From an uncultured Chloroflexia bacterium (lineage in GTDB: Bacteria; Chloroflexota; Limnocylindria; Limnocylindrales; CSP1-4), in contig CAVUKR010000004.1 of NCBI GenBank assembly GCA_963742075.1, forward strand, positions 10,084-74,083: DNA of 64,000 nucleotides, read 5' to 3'. The position numbers and the translations under genes were made by a program. Positions 16,592-24,662 of this stretch are shown here, piece by piece (position 1 is the first letter of the stretch; each line of letters begins with the position of its first letter). Below the pieces are notes generated by a model that saw only the letters and a program-made list of their open reading frames with translations, did not search any database and was not told the DNA's origin.

Positions 16592-16618
16592 TCGCAAAGC
16601 GTGCGTCGATGACGCCAG
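16592..16618 (+). repeat. Array repeat copy (right-most)
   Basis: Sequence tcgcaaagcgtgcgtcgatgacgccag. Confidence 0.9.
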
Positions 16619-16673
16619 AGCGCATCGATCTCTGGCAGCGACCCGACAGTACCGGCCGCCTAGACTTGGTGCC

Positions 16674-16862
16674 ATGACCGACCTGGGTGTGACGCTGCTC
16701 TTCGCTGTTGCGGCGGTCTTCCTGGTGGTTGGACTCAGCGCGGGTATCGCGACGGAGCACACCGACGCCCAGCTACCCCGGGCGGTCACGTACGGACAGC
16801 GTCGTCGCCATGTCCGGCGTCGAGCGTTGCTCGTTGAAGTCCCAGTCATGGGCTTAGCGTGA
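16674..16862 (+). CDS. Possible small single-TM protein
   Basis: ATG 16674 starts MTDLGVTLLFAVAAVFLVVGLSAGIA... The tail overlaps the convergent DUF1801 gene. Confidence 0.3.
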   Translation: MTDLGVTLLFAVAAVFLVVGLSAGIATEHTDAQLPRAVTYGQRRRHVRRRALLVEVPVMGLA

Positions 16863-17264
16863 TTTCGCCGGAGGCTTCTTCTTTGCGAACTGGGGCGCCA
16901 GCTTCAGGTAATGGTCGAAGCCTGACTGGGCGATCTGGCCCAGTTCCTCGACTAGTGGCTCGTCGACGGTCGTGAAGTTGAAGCACGACTTGCCCTGCAT
17001 GCGGCGGCGCAGAGCGGGCGACATCGACTCGACGACCTCGGGTTGGGCGTAGACCGACATCAGGTAGACGCTGACGTAGCGCTTGCCCACGCGAGTGCCG
17101 CCGACGTAACCCCACGGCTCGGCTTCGAGCCCGGGGATCTGGAGGATCAGGCCGTCGGCATCGTCCTTGGTCGCCACCAGCCGCGAGCGGAACGGGTCGA
17201 AGATCATGCGAAGACGGCGATCGACCTCGGCGAAGGCCACCGTCGGTGGCGGACGACCACTCAC
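16854..17264 (-). CDS. DUF1801 (YdhG-like) domain protein
   Basis: The pattern ...WGYVGGTRVGKRYVSVYLMSVY...RRRMQGKSCFNFTTVDEPLVEELGQI... is typical of this family. Confidence 0.75.
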   Translation of the reverse strand: MSGRPPPTVAFAEVDRRLRMIFDPFRSRLVATKDDADGLILQIPGLEAEPWGYVGGTRVGKRYVSVYLMSVYAQPEVVESMSPALRRRMQGKSCFNFTTVDEPLVEELGQIAQSGFDHYLKLAPQFAKKKPPAKSR

Positions 17265-17266
17265 GG

Positions 17267-17707
17267 TCAGGCCAACCCTGTGGAAGGCACGACGACCTCG
17301 AATCCTTCGCGCTCCGCCGCTTGAGCGAGACGATCATCGAGGGTCACGAGCGGGAGCGAGGCCGGACGATCCTCGGATGCGCTGATCGCGGCGCCGAGCT
17401 GAAACGCGTCAGCTGCCCGCAGCCCATGCACGCGGAGGAGCCGATTGGCTGTCTGACGAATCCGGTCGACCGGCTGGACCTCCTGCCAAGCGTGCACGAG
17501 CTCGTCGAGACGTTGGATCGCTTTCGCGCTGCCAGGGCCATCCAGCCTCGCCTCGCGTTCCATTCGGGCGATGGCCGACACACATTCGACCCGAGTCGCC
17601 CACCAGACGATGATCTCGCCGTCCCGTTCGACCTCGGCCATGGCGGCCGAGGTCGAGGGCTCCCCGACGAGCAGGGGCACGATCGCCGACGTATCCCAGA
17701 ACCTCAT
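17267..17707 (-). CDS. vapC: Type II toxin, PIN-domain ribonuclease VapC
   Basis: MRFWDTSAIVPLL... carries the conserved acidic residues (D5, E, RAADAFQ, TLDDRL). It overlaps the upstream antitoxin by 4 nt. Confidence 0.9.
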   Translation of the reverse strand: MRFWDTSAIVPLLVGEPSTSAAMAEVERDGEIIVWWATRVECVSAIARMEREARLDGPGSAKAIQRLDELVHAWQEVQPVDRIRQTANRLLRVHGLRAADAFQLGAAISASEDRPASLPLVTLDDRLAQAAEREGFEVVVPSTGLA

Positions 17708-17997
17708 CGGCCGGATCGGCGCTCGTCGAGCACCGCTTCAACCGCGCTGGAGCCTGGCGTCAGCGGAGGCGGCGGGGTCCGCAACAGCTCTATCGGCAGG
17801 ACGCCTGTCCCGACCCGAATCAGCCCGGCGCGCTGAAGCCGAAGAAGCCGGCCGGTCGGGTCGGGGGCCGAACCCATGGGCTCGAGCATCGCCACGGCCC
17901 GCCCGCGATCGGTGATCACAACACTCTCTCCGCTGCGCACGAGGTCGATCAGCGCGCTCAGGCCGTTCTTTGCCTCGGTGATCGTTGCCGTCTTCAT
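17704..17997 (-). CDS. vapB: Type II antitoxin (Phd/YefM-type) partner of VapC
   Basis: MKTATITEAKNGLSALIDLVRSGESVVITDRGRAVAML is typical of a Phd/YefM N-terminus. Confidence 0.85.
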   Translation of the reverse strand: MKTATITEAKNGLSALIDLVRSGESVVITDRGRAVAMLEPMGSAPDPTGRLLRLQRAGLIRVGTGVLPIELLRTPPPPLTPGSSAVEAVLDERRSGR

Positions 17998-18172
17998 CTG
18001 CCTATTCTAGCCAGTTCGTTCTGGCCTGTATAGCCCGAGGTGTCGCCGGTCGTCTCTAGTCTCGATCTCTCCCCGGCGCGTCCATGCCTGCTCCACAAGT
18101 CGCGGCGACAGTGGGACGCGAACGCAGGCGAACGACCCGCGAACAGAACCAGACCGAACGTCGGAGGACGAC

Positions 18173-18481
18173 ATGAACGAACGAAATGCCAGCCGGGGCC
18201 CCAACTGGGCTGTCCTGCTCCTTATCCCAGCCGCGGTGATCGTCGCCAAGGGCATGCATCACCGCCGGATGATGTGGGAGTCCGATTGGACGCCGGAGGG
18301 CGCCGCCGGACACCGGCACGGGCATCACGGGAGGTTCGGCGGCAACGTCGAAGCCGGCTCATTCCGGCTGCCGCCGAAGATCGAGTGGATGCTCGACGCC
18401 TGGCACACCCGCGCCCACCAGAAGGCCGAGTCGACCGACGCGACGGCGCCCGAGACCCGAGAGGGATCGGAGACGGTCTGA
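18173..18481 (+). CDS. His-rich membrane-anchored hypothetical protein
   Basis: 102 aa with one TM helix. Contains HHRRMMW...GHRHGHHGRF and LDAWHTRAH. Confidence 0.5.
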   Translation: MNERNASRGPNWAVLLLIPAAVIVAKGMHHRRMMWESDWTPEGAAGHRHGHHGRFGGNVEAGSFRLPPKIEWMLDAWHTRAHQKAESTDATAPETREGSETV

Positions 18482-18490
18482 GAACCGCCC

Positions 18491-19474
18491 TCAGTAGGCC
18501 ACGAGCTTCCGGATGCCTTCGGCGATCTTCTCCGGGTTGACCATGAACCAGTCCTCGAGGACATGGTTGTAGGGCACGCCCGGGACCTCGGGGCCGGCGA
18601 TCCGCGTGACCGGCCCGTCGAGGTAGTCGAACGCCTCCTCGCCGACGATGGCCGCGACCTCCGCCCCGTAGCCCCCGAACTTGTTGTCCTCGTAGACGAC
18701 GAGGCACTTGCCGGTCTTGCGGACCGAGTCGAGCAATGTCTCGCGGTCGAGCGGCCGGAGCGTCCGCAGGTCGACGACCTCGGCGCTGATGCCGTCGTCG
18801 GCGACGCGGTCGGCCGCCTCGAGCGCGTAGTGGGCCATCAGCCCGTACGCGACAACGGTCACCTGCGAGCCCGGATGGGTGACCTTGGCGACTCCGAGCG
18901 GGACGGTGTAGTCCGTGTCCGGGACCTCGCCACGGACCGACCGGTACATCTTCTTGTGCTCGAAGAAGAGGACCGGATCCTCGTCGCGGATCGAGGAGCG
19001 GAGCAGACCGCGCGCGTCATAGGGCGTGGACGGCACGACGACCTTGAGCCCCGGGACGTGGGTGAAGAACGCCTCCACCGATTGCGAGTGGTAGAGCGCG
19101 CCGTGGACGCCGCCGCCGTACGGGGCGCGGATCGTCATCGGGACGCCGTAGCCGTTGTTCGAGCGGTAGCGCATCCGCGCCGCTTCGGAGACGATCTGGT
19201 TGAAGGCCGGGAAGATGAAGTCGGCGAATTGGATCTCGGGGACCGGCCGCAGCCCGTTCACCGCCGCGCCGATCGAGGCGCCGATGATCATCAATTCGGT
19301 CAACGGCGTGTCGATGACCCGGTCGTCGCCGAACTCCGCCCACAGCCCGTCGGTGGCCAGGAAGACACCGCCCTTCTTCCCGACATCCTCGCCGAGGACG
19401 ATGACCGTCTCGTCGCGGCGCATCTCGTCTGCGAGCGTCTCGCGGATCGCCTCGATGAACGTGCGGGGCGGCAT
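18491..19474 (-). CDS. 2-oxoacid (pyruvate/branched-chain) dehydrogenase E1 component, beta subunit
   Basis: 327 aa. The motifs VIVLGEDVGKKGGVF...DTPLTELMIIGASIGAA...PYGGGVHGALYHSQS are characteristic. Confidence 0.95.
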   Translation of the reverse strand: MPPRTFIEAIRETLADEMRRDETVIVLGEDVGKKGGVFLATDGLWAEFGDDRVIDTPLTELMIIGASIGAAVNGLRPVPEIQFADFIFPAFNQIVSEAARMRYRSNNGYGVPMTIRAPYGGGVHGALYHSQSVEAFFTHVPGLKVVVPSTPYDARGLLRSSIRDEDPVLFFEHKKMYRSVRGEVPDTDYTVPLGVAKVTHPGSQVTVVAYGLMAHYALEAADRVADDGISAEVVDLRTLRPLDRETLLDSVRKTGKCLVVYEDNKFGGYGAEVAAIVGEEAFDYLDGPVTRIAGPEVPGVPYNHVLEDWFMVNPEKIAEGIRKLVAY

Positions 19475-20502
19475 CAGCCGGCGGCCTCCGGATCCTCGGC
19501 GTAGACGTAGCGCATCGCCTGCGCAGGGTCGGGGTCTGGCTGGTGCTCGGCGTACTCGGTCGCGTCTTCGACCGCGGCGGCGATCTCGGCCGACATGGCG
19601 GCCTCGATCTCGTCGGTCAGGACGTCGGCATCGCGGAGCTGCTCGCGGAAGCGCGGCAGCGCGTCGTGCTCGCGACCGGATTCGAGGTCTTCCTCGGACC
19701 GGTACTTCGTCTGCTGATCGTCGGACGAGTGACCGGTCAGCCGGGTCACCTTCGCCTCGATCAGGGTCGGTCCCCCGCCGGAGCGGGCGAGCGCGACCGC
19801 CTCACGCGCCGCCGCGTAGCAGGCCAGCACGTCCGCCCCGTCCACGACGACGCCCGGGATCCCGTAGCCGGACGCCCGGTCGGCCACGTCCTCGACCGAG
19901 ACCTCCATCGCGGCCGGGACGCTGATCGCATAGCCGTTGTTCTCGACCACGAACACGAACGGCAGCTTGTGGATGGCGGCGAAGTTGAGGCCCTCGTGGA
20001 CGTCGCCCTGGTTCGACGAGCCCTCGCCCATGCTGGCCATGGCAACCTGGCCGGTCTTGCGGATCTTCGCCGCCAGCGCGATCCCGACCGCGTGGAGGAG
20101 CTGGGTCGCGACCGGCGACGAGACCGACACGATGTTGTGCTCGTGGCTGCCGTAGTGGCCCGGCATCTGGCGGCCGCCCGACGACGGGTCGGACGCGGTC
20201 GCGTACTGCGCGGTCATGATGTCGCGCGGGCTCATCCCGAACGTCAGGCAGGTCGCGATCGAGCGATAGAACGGCGCGATCCAGTCGTGGCCGCGTTCGA
20301 ACGCCCAGGCGATCCCGACCTGCGCCCCCTCGTGGCCCTGGCCGCTGATGACGAACGGGATGCGGCCGGCGCGGTTGAGGATCCACATCCGCTCGTCGAC
20401 CGCGCGCGCGAGCGCGACGTAGCGGTACATCTCGACGAGGTCGGCGTCGGTCAGGCCGACGCCGGCGCCGAGGTGGGAGTCGCTGTCGCGGGTGACCGCC
20501 AT
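19474..20502 (-). CDS. 2-oxoacid dehydrogenase E1 component, alpha subunit (TPP-dependent)
   Basis: ATG 20502 starts MAVTRDSD... The product contains FVISGQGHEGAQVG...GEGSSNQGDVHEGLNFAAIHKLPFVFVVENNGYAIS. Confidence 0.9.
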   Translation of the reverse strand: MAVTRDSDSHLGAGVGLTDADLVEMYRYVALARAVDERMWILNRAGRIPFVISGQGHEGAQVGIAWAFERGHDWIAPFYRSIATCLTFGMSPRDIMTAQYATASDPSSGGRQMPGHYGSHEHNIVSVSSPVATQLLHAVGIALAAKIRKTGQVAMASMGEGSSNQGDVHEGLNFAAIHKLPFVFVVENNGYAISVPAAMEVSVEDVADRASGYGIPGVVVDGADVLACYAAAREAVALARSGGGPTLIEAKVTRLTGHSSDDQQTKYRSEEDLESGREHDALPRFREQLRDADVLTDEIEAAMSAEIAAAVEDATEYAEHQPDPDPAQAMRYVYAEDPEAAG

Positions 20503-20554
20503 CGGTGCTGGTCCGGCCTCCTCGTGTCGCCGGGCGATGCCGGCCTTGCCTGCG

Positions 20555-21997
20555 CTAGAAGTTGAGCGAGCGCCCGTCGACGGCCATGGCCGCCTCGCCG
20601 ATGACCTCCGACAGCGTCGGATGCGCGTGGGTCGCGGCGCCGATCTCCCACGGCGTCGCCTCGAGCTCGAAGCCGAGCGATGCCTCGGCGATGAGGTCGG
20701 TGGCGTGCGGCCCGACGACGTGGACGCCGAGTGTGTCGTTCGTGTCGGCGTCGGCGATGACCTTGGCGAACCCCTCGTACTCACCGCCGATGATCGCCTT
20801 GGCGATCGCCTGGAACGGGACCTTGCCGATCTTGAGCGTGTGGCCGGCGGCGGTGGCCTGCGCCTCGGTCAGGCCGATCGAGGCGATCTCGGGGCGGCAG
20901 TAGGTCGCGCGCGGCTGGGCGGTGTAGTCCATCTCGGGGACGTCGGCGTCACCGGCGATGGTGTGCGCCGCGATGAGACCCTCGTGCGCCGCCGTGTGCG
21001 CCAGCCACAGCCCGCCGATCACGTCGCCGATCGCGTAGACGTGCGGCTCCTTGGTCCGCATCCGGCCGTTGACCTTGATGACGCCGCGGTCGGTCTCGAT
21101 CTTCGTTGTCTCGAGGCCGATGTCCTCGATGTTGGCGGCCCGGCCGGTGGCCACGAGCATCAGCTCGGCACGGAGCTCGGCCGGCTCCTTGCCGTCGGGT
21201 CCGACCATCAGGCAGATGCCGTTCTCGTCGGCGGTGACCGAGGCCGCGTCGAACCGGGCGCTGGTCATGACCGTCATGCCGCGCTTGGTGAAGCTGCGCT
21301 CGACGACCTTGCTGACGTCGGCGTCCTCGAGCGGGACGATCTGGGGGAGGTATTCGAGCAGCGTCACCTTGACGCCGACGTCGGCGTACATGCTGGCGAA
21401 CTCGACGCCGACCGCGCCCGCGCCGACGATGACGATGTCCTTCGGCAGCGTGTCCAGCCTGAGGATGTCGTCGCTCGTCACGATCCGCTTGCCGTCAGGC
21501 GTCAGCCCGGGGAGCGACTTGACCCGCGAACCGGTGGCCAGGATCACGTCGGTGGCGTTGAGGACGCGTTCGCCACCGCCGCCCGGCGTGCCGTCCTCGC
21601 CGGTCTGGCTGACCTTGACCTTGCCCGCGCCGTCGAGCCGTCCGCGGCCGGCGACCCAGGTCACCTTGTTCTTGTCGATGAGGGTCTTGAGCCCGGTCCA
21701 CATCCGCTTGACGACGGCGTCGCGCCGGGCCGCCATCGCCGCGTAGTCGACGACGGGATCGCCATCGATCACCACGCCGTAGTCCTTGGCATGGCGGACC
21801 CGCTCGGCGAAGGCCGCCGATTCGAGCAGCGCCTTGGTCGGGATGCAGCCGCGGTGGAGGCACGTGCCGCCGATCTTGTCCTCGTCGACCAGGGCGACCT
21901 TGAGGCCGAGCTGGGCGGCACGGAAGGCCGCCGAGTAGCCGCCGGTGCCCGCGCCGAGCACGACGAGGTCGAAGTCGTTGGAAGAGCCGACAGCCAT
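20555..21997 (-). CDS. lpdA: Dihydrolipoyl dehydrogenase
   Basis: Contains FDLVVLGAGTGGYSAAFRAAQLG...GGTCLHRGCIPTKALL and the C-terminal HAHPTLSE. Confidence 0.95.
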   Translation of the reverse strand: MAVGSSNDFDLVVLGAGTGGYSAAFRAAQLGLKVALVDEDKIGGTCLHRGCIPTKALLESAAFAERVRHAKDYGVVIDGDPVVDYAAMAARRDAVVKRMWTGLKTLIDKNKVTWVAGRGRLDGAGKVKVSQTGEDGTPGGGGERVLNATDVILATGSRVKSLPGLTPDGKRIVTSDDILRLDTLPKDIVIVGAGAVGVEFASMYADVGVKVTLLEYLPQIVPLEDADVSKVVERSFTKRGMTVMTSARFDAASVTADENGICLMVGPDGKEPAELRAELMLVATGRAANIEDIGLETTKIETDRGVIKVNGRMRTKEPHVYAIGDVIGGLWLAHTAAHEGLIAAHTIAGDADVPEMDYTAQPRATYCRPEIASIGLTEAQATAAGHTLKIGKVPFQAIAKAIIGGEYEGFAKVIADADTNDTLGVHVVGPHATDLIAEASLGFELEATPWEIGAATHAHPTLSEVIGEAAMAVDGRSLNF

Positions 21998-22182
21998 GGG
22001 TCAGGGAGCCTCGGAGCGCCTCGAAGCCGTCGTCGCGCGTCGGCTGGGCAGGTGGGTCATCGCGACCGATGGTACGCGCGGCATCGCGAGACGCGCAACC
22101 GAGCGACGCGGGCGCCTGATGCTAGACTCCGGCGGTCGAGCGTCCCTGCGGCCAGGGCTCGCCGATCGCCGCTGGAGCGTGC

Positions 22183-22839
22183 TTGGTGGACCCCGCGATC
22201 GTGCTTCGGACCGTCGTCCTGATGCTCATCGCCTACCTCCTGGGTTCGATCCCGATGGGGGTCGTCGTGGCCCGGGTCAGCGGAGGGACGGATCCGCGCA
22301 CGATCGGTTCGGGCCGGACGGGCGGCACGAACGCCCTGCGCGCGCTGGGACGCGGCCGGGCTGCCATCGTCGTGACCGGCGACCTTTTCAAGGGCGTCGT
22401 GCCGGTGCTGCTCGCCCGGTACGTCACCGGCGGCGATCCGCTCGTCGAGGTGCTGTGCGGCGCGGCCGCGGTGGCCGGCGCGATCTGGTCGGTCTTCGCC
22501 GGGTTCCGCAGCGGCCGGGGGGTCGGGACCGGGGTCGGGACGATGCTGGTCATCCAGCCCGTGGCGGTGCTGCTCGCGACGCCCGTCTTCATCGGGGTGA
22601 TCCTGCTGACGCGGTACGTGTCGCTCGGGTCGCTGATCGGCTCGGCGGCCATGTTCCCGGCCATGCTGCTGGTCCTGCTGGTCGTGCCGGACACGCCCCT
22701 GCCGTACGTCATCTACTCGGCCGTCGGGGCGGCGCTGATCTGGCTGGCCCATGCCGACAACATCGACCGGCTCCTCCACGGGACGGAGCGCAAGTTCGAC
22801 CTCGGGCTCCTCGCGGGCAAGCGCCCGAGCGGCGGGTGA
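22183..22839 (+). CDS. plsY: Glycerol-3-phosphate acyltransferase PlsY
   Basis: Contains YLLGSIPMGVVVAR...DPRTIGSGRTGGTNALRALG...DLFKGVVPVLLAR. Confidence 0.9.
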   Translation: MVDPAIVLRTVVLMLIAYLLGSIPMGVVVARVSGGTDPRTIGSGRTGGTNALRALGRGRAAIVVTGDLFKGVVPVLLARYVTGGDPLVEVLCGAAAVAGAIWSVFAGFRSGRGVGTGVGTMLVIQPVAVLLATPVFIGVILLTRYVSLGSLIGSAAMFPAMLLVLLVVPDTPLPYVIYSAVGAALIWLAHADNIDRLLHGTERKFDLGLLAGKRPSGG

Positions 22840-22894
22840 GAATCGGACGTAGGGATCCGGCACGGGGTGGTCGAGTTCTGGTGTCGTCCAGGGT

Positions 22895-23400
22895 GTGATC
22901 ATCGGTGCCGCCTTGGCGTTCCTGACGACGATCCGAGCTGGATGCGGTGGCGAAGGCGGAGACGACGACTGTCAACGGTTGGAGTTCGATCCGCAGGGCC
23001 GGCGACCCGGCAACGGACGTCGGTGCGTGCCTGCACTTGCAGAAGGCCCTGCGCGTCAACGTGTTCGAAGAGGCCGCGTACTGGACGACGAGCGTCGATA
23101 GCGCAGGGAGAAGCCAGATGCGTACCGCCTGCACTTCCCGCCAGGGCATTCCCGCCGAATGACGCCTCGGTCGCTACAGCGACGGACACTGTCGGGTACA
23201 TGGCGCGCAGTCCGACCGAGCCGGTCAAGCGTGGATGATCATTCGGGTGTCGTGACGAAGCCGGATGGTTCGGTCGACATCCTGCTCCAGTCGCAGGCGC
23301 GAGCGGGCCGGCCAGAACTGGCTGACCGACCCGACAGTCGATCGGGCCGATGTTCATCGCCGAGTTGGAGGAGCCGAGCCACCAGTGACCGGCGGCTGAC
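22895..23400 (+). pseudogene. Decayed DUF1214-like lipoprotein gene (several frame changes)
   Basis: Fragments lie in three frames: a signal peptide plus lipobox (MIIGAALAFLTTIRAGCGG), NVFEEAAYWTTSVDSAG, and VTKPDGSVDILLQS...AGQNWL. Confidence 0.35.
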
Positions 23401-24067
23401 CGTGAAGACGGCGCCAGGGTCTCGTCGACCTGACGCGCCTGATCCACCACACGGTCGGTATCGGCGACGCGACTAAGCGCCTGGTGTCGTGGCCATGGCG
23501 GGACGCTCTCGACCATCCGGCTCGTTCCCATCCAACGGCGGCTCGATTGCACTTCTTCCGAGCACGGCGACGCGGCAATGGCGCGCCCAGGCTTCGACGA
23601 GAGGCCGTCTTCCATGCGCTACGACTACTACTTCCTCAGGATGGTGTGCGGTGCGCTTCGGGGACCTCAGGGCGCTCGACGGTGGGCTGTCGGCGGTGGC
23701 AGGATGAGGCGGCCGCGTTGTCGGCCTTATGCGAGCGGGTCCGCCCCCCGGATGCGAGATGGACGCCGCCAGCGGGATGCTGACGGTCGGAGATCCAGGG
23801 ACTCGAGCTCCGAGCCGCGAGGACTGACCTGGAGCGATTCGGAGCGAGCACGACTGGCGGCTGTCGAGCGGACGAGTTTCGCGACACCTGGACCGATCTG
23901 TCGAAACGCGACGCGCGGCAGATCTGGCTCGCGGCGCGACAATTCGTCGCGCCGTGCCCAGGCTGACCCCGACCCCGAGAATCGAACGACCCGGGTCGGC
24001 TGACAACCCGGGTCGAGATCACGCTGGTTCGGCGGGCCGTGGGTCGGCCCGCACCGAGAGGACTGGG

Positions 24068-24475
24068 TCAGCCGCCGCGCTGGCTGCGGAAGCAATCGCT
24101 GCAGTACACCGGCTTGCCGCTGGTGGGTCGGAACGGGACCTGGGCCTCGCGGCCGCAGGACGAGCAAGTCGCCGAGAACATCTCGCGGGGACCGCGATCG
24201 CGGGAGCCGTAGCCGCCGCCACCGTAGCCGCCGCCCGAGCCACCGGCGGAATACCCGCCGCCGGCCCCGTAGCCGCCATACGAGCTGCCGCCACCGTCCG
24301 CATTGCGGGCGGCCTTGCGGCTGGCGCGGCAGGACGGGCAGCGGCGAGGCTCGGTGAAGCCACGCTGCGCGTAGAAATCCTGCTCGGAGGCGGTGAACAC
24401 GAACTCCTGTCCGCAGTCCGCGCAGGTCAGGTTCTTGTCGTTGTACACGAAGACAAAACTCCTCTCGGTAGCCAA
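24068..24475 (-). CDS. Zinc-ribbon protein (two CxxC pairs at each end) with a Gly/Tyr-rich linker
   Basis: Contains LTCADCGQEFVFTASEQDFYAQRGFTEPRRCPSCRASRK, a GGGSSYGGYGAGGGYSAGGSGGGYGGGGYG linker, and CSSCGREAQVPFRPTSGKPVYCSDCF. The likely true start is GTG 24448. Confidence 0.8.
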   Translation of the reverse strand: MATERSFVFVYNDKNLTCADCGQEFVFTASEQDFYAQRGFTEPRRCPSCRASRKAARNADGGGSSYGGYGAGGGYSAGGSGGGYGGGGYGSRDRGPREMFSATCSSCGREAQVPFRPTSGKPVYCSDCFRSQRGG

Positions 24476-24575
24476 CGCGAGCCCGTCGGGTTTCTCGCGT
24501 CAGCCGTGAGAGGAGTCCGAGTCGTGTCGAGCTACATATCCGGCCACGGACCCTTCCATGGCGTTTTCAGGCGGG

Positions 24576-24604
24576 ATGGTACGCGGTTCGCAAACGCTTG
24601 CCAA
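24576..24604 (-). promoter_or_regulatory. Sigma70-like promoter TTGGCA-N17-TACCAT upstream of the zinc-ribbon gene
   Basis: The hexamers are read directly on the minus strand. This would give a 5' UTR of about 100-130 nt. Confidence 0.5.
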
Positions 24605-24662
24605 TACCTGACTTTCGGGTCCCAGCGAGCACGAAATGGACCCGTCGCGCGCCGCGTCGCGG

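Larger units (their letters stand above)
5527..16618 (+). repeat. Array of direct 26-28 bp repeats (consensus TCGCAAAGCGTGCGCCAATGTCACCCGG) delimiting about 18 short gene modules
   Basis: There are 14 well-conserved and about 7 degenerate copies, all in the same orientation, spaced about 65-1300 bp apart. The individual copies are listed as separate features. Confidence 0.9.

Noticed and set aside
5527-16618. The 28-bp repeat array as a CRISPR array
   Set aside because: Repeat spacing is 65-1300 bp and irregular. The intervals contain ORFs with promoters. The repeats are imperfect, and no cas genes are present.
5527-16618. The repeats as integron attC sites (a CALIN-type cassette array)
   Set aside because: The element has no R''/L''-L'/R' inverted-repeat hairpin potential and no GTTRRRY core. 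Cargo genes lie in both orientations, and no intI or attI is present in the window. The analogy is kept only at the level of organisation.
5527-16618. The 28-mer as a Xer/dif-like site (11-6-11 layout)
   Set aside because: The two 11-nt arms (TCGCAAAGCGT and ATGTCACCCGG) are not inverted repeats of each other. The centre is GC-rich, unlike known dif or pdif sites. All copies are direct rather than alternating.
23960-24010. A tRNA- or tmRNA-like T-arm (GAATCGAACGACCCGGG on plus, GTTCGATTC on minus)
   Set aside because: The flanking bases do not form a 5-bp T stem or an acceptor stem. No tag-peptide reading frame and no 5' GGGG...TTCGAC partner were found.
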